Below, piece by piece: positions 49,855-58,400 of a DNA stretch of 64,000 nt. The position numbers and the translations under genes are program-made. The notes below the pieces were generated by a model. It saw only the letters and a list, made by a program, of their open reading frames with translations. It ran no database searches and was not told the origin of the DNA. Positions within the stretch are counted from its first letter, which is position 1, and each line of letters starts with the position of its first letter. This DNA is from Bradymonadales bacterium (GTDB lineage Bacteria > Myxococcota_A > Bradymonadia > UBA4248), in assembly GCA_041656175.1 (NCBI GenBank), contig JBBAEA010000002.1, forward strand, positions 3,697 through 67,696, written 5' to 3'.

Positions 49855-49883
49855 GGTGCTACTTTAGTTTATGCGAATAAATT

Positions 49884-50036
49884 GAGGGGGAGCGCAAGAT
49901 CACCCAAAAAAGTCGCCTATTGCCGCACGCTGTGCGAAGGCCGAGCGTATAGCGAGGACTTTGCACGGCGTAAAGCGGCAATTGGCGAATTTTGAGGGAA
50001 GCTTGCGCGCGGGGGAGTAATCCCCCGCCTTCCCCA
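49884..50036 (-). repeat. Family-1 structured element, copy 1h (inverted)
   Basis: GAGGGGGAGCGCAAGATCACC...GAGGGAAGCTTGCGCGCGGGGGAGTAATCCCCCGCC. Confidence 0.8.
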
Positions 50037-50123
50037 AAAAGAATTTGAAATTTAAGCTCGCTGGTCGCACGAGCGGCCTAATGCTTAAGACTTTTTGGCC
50101 GCGTAATCAATAGCTGCGACGAT

Positions 50124-51035
50124 TTAGTTGAGCACGCAGGCTTTTCCGAATTGGTAGGCGTCGATGTATTCGCGCTCGGGGGCGAGGTGCTTTTCGAGCC
50201 TTTTGAGGATGCGGCTTTCGAGTTGGCGAGCGCGTTCGCGGCTGATGGAAAAGACGTTGCCGAGCTCTTGTAAGGTTAGCGGAGACTCACTGTTCATGCG
50301 AAGTTGCCAGATTTGGGAGTCGCGGCCTGTGAGTTTTTGTTCAAATTCTTCGAGGCTAGCTTTGATGCGGTTTGCGGCAAATTGTTGGTCAATAAGCTCT
50401 TCGGCGCTGTCGTCGTGGGAGGCGATGGAATCAATAACGCAGTTATCGCTATCTTCGCCGCCGATGGGCGCAAAGAGCGAAAGTTCGTGGTTGCCGAGGC
50501 GTTGTTGCATTTCGGTAATTTCGTTCTCGCGTACGCCAAGGGACTGGGCGAGTGCGGCGGTGGTGGGGGTTTTGCCGGCTTGGCGGAATTTTTGCTCTTC
50601 TTTGTGTAAGTTGTAGAAGAGTTTGCGCTGGTTTTGCGTGGCGCCGATTTTGACGAGCCGGTGGTTATCCATCAGGAACTTGAGGATGTAGGCACGGATC
50701 CAGAATTGGGCGTAGGTGGAGAGTCGGATGTTTTTACTGACGTCGAATTTTTCGACAGCAAAGAGCAAGCCAACGTTTCCTTCTTGAATGAGGTCAAGAA
50801 GTTGGGCGTTTTGGCTTTGGTAGTCGCGGGCGATTTTAACAACCAAGCGAAGATTAGCGTTGATGAGGCGTTTTTTGGAGATCTCGTCGCCGCTTTGTGC
50901 TGCGCGTGTTAGTGCGTATTCCTCTTCGCGCGTGAGCACTTGATAGCTTTTGATGCTATCGAGGTATTGTTGCAGGGATGTCGTTGCGACTTGTCGTTTG
51001 TAGTTGTTTGTGCGCTTTTGCAGCGAGTATTTCAT
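50124..51035 (-). CDS. rpoH: RNA polymerase sigma-32 (heat-shock sigma factor)
   Basis: 303 aa. Sigma-70 regions 2-4. RpoH box ATQNQRKLFYNLHKE. Confidence 0.75.
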   Translation of the reverse strand: MKYSLQKRTNNYKRQVATTSLQQYLDSIKSYQVLTREEEYALTRAAQSGDEISKKRLINANLRLVVKIARDYQSQNAQLLDLIQEGNVGLLFAVEKFDVSKNIRLSTYAQFWIRAYILKFLMDNHRLVKIGATQNQRKLFYNLHKEEQKFRQAGKTPTTAALAQSLGVRENEITEMQQRLGNHELSLFAPIGGEDSDNCVIDSIASHDDSAEELIDQQFAANRIKASLEEFEQKLTGRDSQIWQLRMNSESPLTLQELGNVFSISRERARQLESRILKRLEKHLAPEREYIDAYQFGKACVLN

Positions 51036-51206
51036 ATTAAGCCCTCAGCTCGATGTGGCTTCGATGATCTAAGCACAATCACTTGTTGTGCGCTTTGGAA
51101 GCAATTATTGCCGTGAAGGTTTTAGGCACTCATGCGCCCACATCTACACGGCTCATATACTATACGAACGAGAGTCTCTTTTGGATCGGCTCTTGCGTAA
51201 AATACT

Positions 51207-52745
51207 TTAAAAGAACCTAATCAGGGGGAAGATACCTATTGCCTCTAAGGTGAAAACAATAATATAGAGAATGACAATACCAACGCCGACTATAATGAAT
51301 AGGAATTTGGGATCGGAATTTGCTTTTTTGAGCAAGGCTTTTGCGTCTTTATTGGAGGAACTGGTACTTTCGGCGAGCTCGGCGCCAAGGGAATCAGGCT
51401 CGTTAGTGGCGCTTTGCTTGATTTTTGCGCTGTTTGCAAGAACGCTCGCGGGGGTATCAATACTGGTAATAAGGAGCAAGTCCTCGTAGATTTCAGCCGA
51501 TGTTGCGTAGCGCTCTTGGGGTAATTTGGCTGCTGCCTTTCGCAGTAGTGCTGCTAAGGCTGTATTGTTCCATGACTTGGGTAGTTCCAGCTCATTGTAG
51601 GACTGCTTGTAGGCGATATCAAAGAGGCTAGTGCCTTCAAAGGCGGGTTTTCCGAGAAGCATTTCGTAAAAGATGAGCGCGAAAGCGTAAACGTCGACGT
51701 TTGGGCTGAGCACTTCGTTTCGGAGTTGTTCAGGTGCCATGTATTGCGGAGAGCCGTAGACTTTGTCGGTGCTCATGGTGATGTCATGGGCGGTGAATGC
51801 GCTTTCAGCGCTCATACATTTTGAGAGGCCAAAGTCGAGTATTGTTACGAGGTCTTCGTATCCCTCTTTGGAGCTGAGGATAATGTTGGCGGGTTTAAGA
51901 TCACGGTGAACAATGTCGCACTTGTGTGCTTCGCGTAGTCCCTTGAGAATTTGCAGAGCGATTTTGCGCGCTGTTAGGAACGGTATACGCCCTTGCTCAA
52001 GTCGCTTTTCCAGAGTTTCGCCATCGAGCAGCTGCATTGTCATCCAAAGTGCGCCATCACTGCGTTTACCAAAGTGGTAGAGCCGCACAATGTTGGGGTG
52101 TTCAAGTCGTGAAACCAGATCGACTTCGCGCTCAAAGCGTTTTTGTATAGAGTCGACCTCGTTCTCGGCTTCAGGGAGTATCATTTTGAGCGCTTCGTCG
52201 CGGCCAAGATTGAGGTTTTTAACTTTAAATACCGCACCAAAGCCGCCTTTTCCCAGCATTGACAAAATGCGGTAGTGCTCAAAGTTATCGCCAAAGGTGG
52301 GAAGCTGATAGTCACGATCTTCCCAGCCCGATGAATTTAGGAGCTGGATTGTCATCTCCGCGCCACTTTGCTTTGGCGCGTGTTTAGGCGCGCCATCAAG
52401 TTTAATGGTCATCTCCGCGCTATTTTGCTTTGGCGCGTGTTTAGGTGCGCCATCAAGTTGAATGGTCATCTCCCCGCTATTTTGCTTTGGCGCGTGTTTA
52501 GGCGCACCATCAAGTTTAATGGTCATCTCCCCGCTACTTTGCTTTGGCGCGTGTTTAGGCGCACCATCAAGTTTAATGGTCATCTCCCCGCTACTTTGCT
52601 TGGGCACATAGTCATGTACAAGATCCTGCTCCGTTGTTGTATCATCAGCATGAGCTTCTGTGTTGTGGGAGCTAACAACAGCATCATGAGTCTCAATGGT
52701 ATGGGGGCCGCTATTTATTTCACTTTGTTCATAATCGTTATGCAT
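51207..52745 (-). CDS. Ser/Thr protein kinase (Hanks type) with N-terminal 20-aa tandem repeats and a C-terminal TM anchor
   Basis: 512 aa. GKGGFGAVFKVK. HRDLKPANIIL. DFGLSK. Five copies of APKHAPKQ(S/N)SGEMTI(K/Q)LDG. Confidence 0.8.
   Translation of the reverse strand: MHNDYEQSEINSGPHTIETHDAVVSSHNTEAHADDTTTEQDLVHDYVPKQSSGEMTIKLDGAPKHAPKQSSGEMTIKLDGAPKHAPKQNSGEMTIQLDGAPKHAPKQNSAEMTIKLDGAPKHAPKQSGAEMTIQLLNSSGWEDRDYQLPTFGDNFEHYRILSMLGKGGFGAVFKVKNLNLGRDEALKMILPEAENEVDSIQKRFEREVDLVSRLEHPNIVRLYHFGKRSDGALWMTMQLLDGETLEKRLEQGRIPFLTARKIALQILKGLREAHKCDIVHRDLKPANIILSSKEGYEDLVTILDFGLSKCMSAESAFTAHDITMSTDKVYGSPQYMAPEQLRNEVLSPNVDVYAFALIFYEMLLGKPAFEGTSLFDIAYKQSYNELELPKSWNNTALAALLRKAAAKLPQERYATSAEIYEDLLLITSIDTPASVLANSAKIKQSATNEPDSLGAELAESTSSSNKDAKALLKKANSDPKFLFIIVGVGIVILYIIVFTLEAIGIFPLIRFF
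52345..52610 (-). repeat. 60-bp in-frame tandem repeat (about 4.5 units) within the kinase gene
   Basis: gctttggcgcgtgtttaggcgcaccatcaagtttaatggtcatctccccgctactttgct recurs. Confidence 0.8.
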
Positions 52746-52965
52746 TTACTCACCATTTATGCCTTTACATCAAATACTTAGAGCCAGTGTTCCTAAGAGA
52801 CACGTATCCTGTACAACGAAATATATAACATTATATCGCGCCACTTTCCAGTTGTGAGAAAGAGCAAGCGCTAAGACTACGTTGATTTAATGCGAAAACA
52901 ATCAAAAAAAACTAACGAAAGAAAGGATGGCTATCCTAGCTAGTTTGAACTCGGTCAAAAAATCG

Positions 52966-53062
52966 AAAAATACTTTTCTTAGCAAGTTTGATGCGGGTTC
53001 CAGTTTCAAAGAACAAAATACTTGTCTTAGCAAGTTTGATGCGGGTTCCAGTTTCAAAGAAC
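52966..53062 (+). repeat. 51-bp tandem duplication (2 copies) abutting the left end of MITE 3c
   Basis: CTTAGCAAGTTTGATGCGGGTTCCAGTTTCAAAGAAC occurs twice. Confidence 0.7.
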
Positions 53063-53388
53063 GAGACCTTTGCACGGCTAGAAATAACGAATTTAATTTT
53101 ACAAATTCGATACAGCCTTAAACAAAATGAGACATTTTGTAGAGAGATATAAGCTAAAATGCTAATAAAATAAGGCAAGGCGAAGGTAAAATGACGTTTT
53201 ATTCGAAAAGCGCTTAAAAGAGTGCTTTCTTTTTAGTGCCACAGCCGTCCAGGCTGTGGCCGCTTCGCGCGCGGCCTCAGCCGCGACCAATCGCTGACAT
53301 CCATGTCGCGATTGAAGGGGAGGGGGGTACGGGGGGAACCTTTTTTCTTTTGCAAAAAGAAAAAAGGTTCCCCCCGCGCAAAGCTCTC
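53063..53388 (+). repeat. Family-3 TIR element, copy 3c, with a 100-bp internal insertion
   Basis: GAGACCTTTGCACGGCTAGAAATAACGAATTTAATTTTACAAAT......GGAACCTTTTTTCTTTTGCAAAAAGAAAAAAGGTTCC..GCGCAAAGCTCTC. Extra GC-rich hairpin GCCACAGCCGTCCAGGCTGTGGC. Confidence 0.75.
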
Positions 53389-53391
53389 AAG

Positions 53392-54609
53392 CTAATCCTC
53401 GGACAATAAGCCCAGGTTCGCCAATAGCACCAACAGCGTTGCTTTAGGCGCAAAGTCGGCGGCATGTAAGCAAATTTGCTCGATCCCCAAATCCATCGCA
53501 AAGACCTCGTTTAACCGCAAATCTTCTATTTCGGTGCAAAGCGCTTGTAGGGCAGCAGCGATGTCGTGTAACTGCGTTGTTAACTCGTCCCAAAACGAGT
53601 GCAGTGTTCCCAAACGCGCCCGCAGAGCGCTGCGATCCTCGTATTCTAAGCTGATGGGGCTATTCTTCCCGAGCGCAATCCCGTCGCCGAGCAGGCGCTG
53701 GTGGACGCTGCGTTGGTGGATCTCTTTGGGGAGTCGGTGTTGTACCAAGCGGTCTACATCGATTTGAACGGCTTCGATTTGGACAAGTTCACTGAGTTTT
53801 CGGCTCAAAAATACGATTAAGCCCAAGACCGCTGGAGGCGATAAACTCTGGCTAGCACTTGTATATAAGCGCACGGAGTCGATGCTGCTCGCAATATCGT
53901 AGCGGCGGCGCGCTGCGCTAAGCCATGCGTAGGCTTCGCTAAGCGCGATTAAGCCATCCTCGGTCCCCGAAATAATGACGTCAGACTCCCCACCTACAGC
54001 GCCTAAAACCTCACTCAAACAGCGATGCGCCTGGGAAGAACCCGCACCCGAACTCAAGCGCTGTATGATTAAATCCACGGAGTTCAAATACGCCAAACCC
54101 TCCACCGCATAAAGGCTCTTAGCCAACTCTTCCCCCGACATCCTCGCCGCCCCCGACAACTCCACCATGAGCAACTCTAAGCGCAACCCCTCGTCTTTGC
54201 ACAAAAACAAGCGCTCATCGGGGACTTTGTCCAAGCAGACACCGCAAGGCAAATCAAGTAATGACGCCATTTCCTTACACGCCTCGAATAGCTCCATGTC
54301 GCCTAGCGCAAAAAGCGCGCTCAATCCCACCGTACTCCCATCGCCCAAAGATTCTTGCACAAAGCTTTGGTAATCGCGTTCATCCTCGAAAATCTTCTGC
54401 TCTAGTACCAAGCCCACATTGCGCAGCTCCGCTACCCTATCGTCGCGAAGCCAAGGCGCGCACTCCCGCGTCGAAAGCACCATCACGCGCCCTTCAGGCC
54501 AAGCCTCGTAGAGGTAGGACTCCAAATCCTCCACAATCCCCACACCCATACGACACTTCGTACAAAGCCGCAGCCCACTGCGCCGCTCAAGTTCCCTACA
54601 AAATGACAT
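53392..54609 (-). CDS. Hypothetical protein (N-terminal CxxC pair)
   Basis: 405-aa ORF with good coding composition. No family recognised. Confidence 0.4.
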   Translation of the reverse strand: MSFCRELERRSGLRLCTKCRMGVGIVEDLESYLYEAWPEGRVMVLSTRECAPWLRDDRVAELRNVGLVLEQKIFEDERDYQSFVQESLGDGSTVGLSALFALGDMELFEACKEMASLLDLPCGVCLDKVPDERLFLCKDEGLRLELLMVELSGAARMSGEELAKSLYAVEGLAYLNSVDLIIQRLSSGAGSSQAHRCLSEVLGAVGGESDVIISGTEDGLIALSEAYAWLSAARRRYDIASSIDSVRLYTSASQSLSPPAVLGLIVFLSRKLSELVQIEAVQIDVDRLVQHRLPKEIHQRSVHQRLLGDGIALGKNSPISLEYEDRSALRARLGTLHSFWDELTTQLHDIAAALQALCTEIEDLRLNEVFAMDLGIEQICLHAADFAPKATLLVLLANLGLLSED

Positions 54610-54647
54610 CAGCTACTCCTTTGCGCAAAAACTTCCCTTAAAGTGGG

Positions 54648-54680
54648 CAAAAAAAAACCGTCATTGACATGACGGTTCCA
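54648..54680 (-). terminator. Rho-independent terminator downstream of dfx
   Basis: On the minus strand: AACCGTCATGTCAATGACGGTT stem followed by T9. Confidence 0.6.
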
Positions 54681-54694
54681 AATCGCTCTAACAG

Positions 54695-55075
54695 CTACTC
54701 TGTCGACTTCCACAAACCGTGCAAGTTGCAATAAGCATACGCCGCTACCAACTCTTCGTCCACAAGCGCGAACTCAACAATCGGCTGCTCGCCGGCGACT
54801 AAATTCTTGCGATGCCCGCCCTTTGAAGTCTGTATATAAACCCATTCGATCAAGTGCTCTGGAATCATTGGGTGCAAAATACTGCCCACTTCAACGCGGA
54901 TCTTCCCATCTACTCTTTTGACGACAGGGATGTGTTTTTCGTTGCTTGCATCAACAGTATTCTCGGCTAAGACTTCCATGTTTTCGCCACAGCATACCAG
55001 CGGTACGCCAGCATTGTTGATTAGGCCGACTAAGTTTCCACAGTGTTTACAGAGGCAAAAGGTCATTTTTGTCAT
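54695..55075 (-). CDS. dfx: Desulfoferrodoxin (superoxide reductase, 2Fe class)
   Basis: N-terminal desulforedoxin CxxC...CC (FCLCKHCGNLVGL...VCCGENM). C-terminal SOR domain (HIPVV, HPMIPEHLIEWVY, YCNLHGLWKS). Confidence 0.8.
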   Translation of the reverse strand: MTKMTFCLCKHCGNLVGLINNAGVPLVCCGENMEVLAENTVDASNEKHIPVVKRVDGKIRVEVGSILHPMIPEHLIEWVYIQTSKGGHRKNLVAGEQPIVEFALVDEELVAAYAYCNLHGLWKSTE

Positions 55076-55274
55076 ATTAACTCCCATAAAAGTGACGCAC
55101 AGCAAAGTTCGCTGCTCAAATATAGTGCGCGAAAAATTAAATTATTTCAAGCGTTCGTATAAAGATCTTGTGGATTCCGACCTTCATAAATTAAAAAGAC
55201 AGCGTTCTTTTAAAAGTAGACATTCTCCCAAGCAAAGTTCCCCGTGCAAAGCTTTCCAGTTTTTGTATTTTTTT

Positions 55275-55423
55275 TGTGGGGGGCTATTGCCCCCCTACGC
55301 GCAAGCTGCCCGCAAAATTCGGCAAGAGCCGCTGTATTTAATGCGCCGTTCACGCTAATCGCGTGACCAGCGCATTAAATGCGTCTCTAGCCGAATTTTG
55401 CGGGTGATCTTGCGCTACCCCCC
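55275..55423 (+). repeat. Family-1 structured element, copy 1i
   Basis: TTTTTGTGGGGGGCTATTGCCCCCCTACGCGCAAGCTGCC...GGGTGATCTTGCGCTACCCCCC. Internal palindrome TTTAATGCGC...GCGCATTAAAT. Confidence 0.8.
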
Positions 55424-55450
55424 AGACCGCAACTAAACCAATAACAGCAA

Positions 55451-58400
55451 TCAACTCTCGATTACACGCGCATGACCACAACTCACCGAAATGACATCCA
55501 ACAAATGCTCCAAAATACGGCGAGGATTCCCACCCTCCATCGCCCACAAATTGGGATCGTTAACAATACCCGTCTTTTTATCCGTGCGAACCGAAAAACG
55601 ATCCAAAACCCACTCAATCGCCGATTTCCCGTTCACAATAAAATCATGCGCCACATCGGGGATACCGCTGATGGTAATAAACCCGTTATAAATAATGATC
55701 GACTTATCAAGCGCCTTCCCCTTCTTTGCGAAAACCATCTTCTCCACCCGATACGAAACCCCCTCAAACTCACCTTCAAGCTTTATCCCGAACTCGCGGT
55801 AATCTGGGACTTTCCGCATCGTGTGCAAATCGATTAACGCCGCACCGCGTGCCGATAAACGCGAAAATTCCGAATAATCTGCGGGCAAATCAATCCGCGG
55901 CAAACTCTTCTTCAGCTCCACCTTATACCGCTTTTGATACCCCAGATCCCACAATTGCCCATAAACAAAATCAAAGATAGCTCGCTTCCCCACCTTCACC
56001 CCATAAAGCTTCTCCGCCTCAGCCACAATCCAGTCACTTACCCCGTCACGCCGCCTGCAAACCGAATTTTCTGCAAATAACCCCCCCGAATTTTCTTCAT
56101 ACCAATACAAGGGGAAACATTGTGCTCCCGCTTCCATCAAATTTAAATCAGGAACTTTATCAACGACAAATGCCGAAAAATCCTTTTTTGCCCCCAAACC
56201 AGTCACACAAATCAATAAATTCTCGCTATCCGCCTCTGGAAAAAACGCAGGCTGGCGATATACCCTTTCATTATATTTAGATGTAAAATATAGATATTGA
56301 GGTACAAAAGGGCGATAAATACTTTCATAAACCCTATTATCTTCAAAAACATCAGCTTCTTTAGCAGTTTTAGCTTTTCTTTCTAAACGCTTCATCAAAC
56401 TGGTTGTCCAACTGATTTTTGTTAAATCATAATCCACAAAATCTTGGATTTTAATAGTGATTTTACCCTTTTTTGCCTCTCTATAACGAGAGACTTCATT
56501 ATTATAAAAATCGATCATTCCTAACAATCGTTCCTTCAAAGATTCTTGACTGAAATCATAAACCCAAGCATCGCGATTTGTTTTAACTCCACAACTATGC
56601 GCTGCGAAAAAACTTCCCTTGCCATCGCCGAATTTTTTGGCGTTTTCGAGCGGAATCATCGTCTCGAAAGTTTCATCGCGCTGGTTGATCCAATCGTGAT
56701 ATTGATTGGGTTGTAGTGCCTCACCCCAATCAATACCTTGAACGCTTTGTGCCGTTTTGATGCGTTCTAATTTATCTTCGCGACTCAAATAATCGCCGAT
56801 ATCGTGATAATATATTTGTGCTTTGCCGTCATAGTTGGGATCTTTTACCAATAAACAAATCGCTATGGGCGTACGAGAGCCTGAGTCAAAAACATTACCA
56901 GCCTCCTTTTTACGTAATACACCACTTGTATAAGCATTTCCTCTTAAATTATAACAATAAACCGCACTGAATTCCTCTTCTAAGCACGCCCTAAAACCGT
57001 CAAAAGCCAGATTATCGATCCAACTCCCATTGCTAATAAAAGCCACAATCCCCCCATTTTCCTCATCCAAGCGATCACTCGCCCAACGAAAAGCCTTCAC
57101 ATAACTATCGTATAAGGAGTTTTTATTTGTAGCCGTCGATTTTTTTGCGTAAGTTTCATCGATCCGCGCTTCTAATTGTTTATAACTCGCGTTTTGCGCG
57201 TTGTCGTTGGCGCTTTTTTGCCCGATTGAATAGGGTGGATTCCCTAAAATCACCATCAGCGGCTGCTTTTGCTGCTCAACAACGCGCTGCGAATTATCCG
57301 GAAAAAACGCGGTAAAAACGTTATTTCTTTCGCCCAACTCAAAACTATCCGTCAAACAGATGCCGTCAAACGAAAATGTCGAATTTTCCACGGTCTCCCC
57401 CTCATCTATGCCGCGCGCTTTCATCTGCCAGCGCAAAGAATTTTCTATATTCACCGCCGCAATATAATACGCCAACAATAATATTTCGTTTGCGTGCAGC
57501 TCCCCGTGATATTTACGCAATAGATCCTCATCGTTAATCAATCCGCATTCCAACAAGCGCGCCATAAAAGTGCCCGTCCCCGTAAACGGATCGAGTACGT
57601 GAACCCCCTCATCGCTCAAATGACGCCCAAAATACTTTTGCAACAAAAAATCCGTCGAATGCAGAATAAAATCCGCAATTTCAATCGGTGTGTACACGAT
57701 CCCGAGCTTTTCCACCGTCAGCGGAAACGCCAACTTAAAAAACGTTTCATACAATTCGGTAATAATCTTTTGCCGTCCCTCGGAACTTTGCACCCCGCGT
57801 ACGCGATCAGCAACCGATGTATAAAATCCCTGCATCGCTCGCGTTCCCTCTGCAAAATCCGAAACCTTTTGCATCTCATCGATGATCCTTCGCATCGAAC
57901 GCGAAATAGGGTTATTATCTTCAAAGCTTCCGTCATCAAAAAGTGCGTTAAAGATCGGCCCCGTGATCAGGTGCTGCGCCAACATCTCCACAACTTCCTC
58001 TTTCGAAAGCGCGTTGTTGATATTCGCACGCAATTCTTGGTGGAATACGCTAAACCTTTTACGAATTCCCGCATTTTCCTCGACCAATGCAGCGATTTGC
58101 GTGATATTATTTTGTACAATCGTCCCCACATCTCCCGCCCAGTCTTCCCAATAACGCCGTGAACCCACGCGCTGCACAAGTTTGGCGTAGATCAAACCCT
58201 GTGTTTCCTGGATAAAATTCAGATCTAACTGAATACCATCAACAAGAATTCTACTATCCTCAAAATCTGCATCACTACGGTCACTCGCAGCACCCGACTC
58301 ACCGATAACAGCCCCAGTTTTTCCAACTTTCTGCTGTTTCAACGCCAGCTGCTGAACCTTGATTTCAAACCGCTCATCGTGCGCACGAAGGGCGCGAAGT

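Noticed and set aside
50164-50912. ORFs 50164..50616, 50304..50609, 50634..50912 (+)
   Set aside because: Antisense to rpoH, whose frame shows the sigma-70 regions and the RpoH box.
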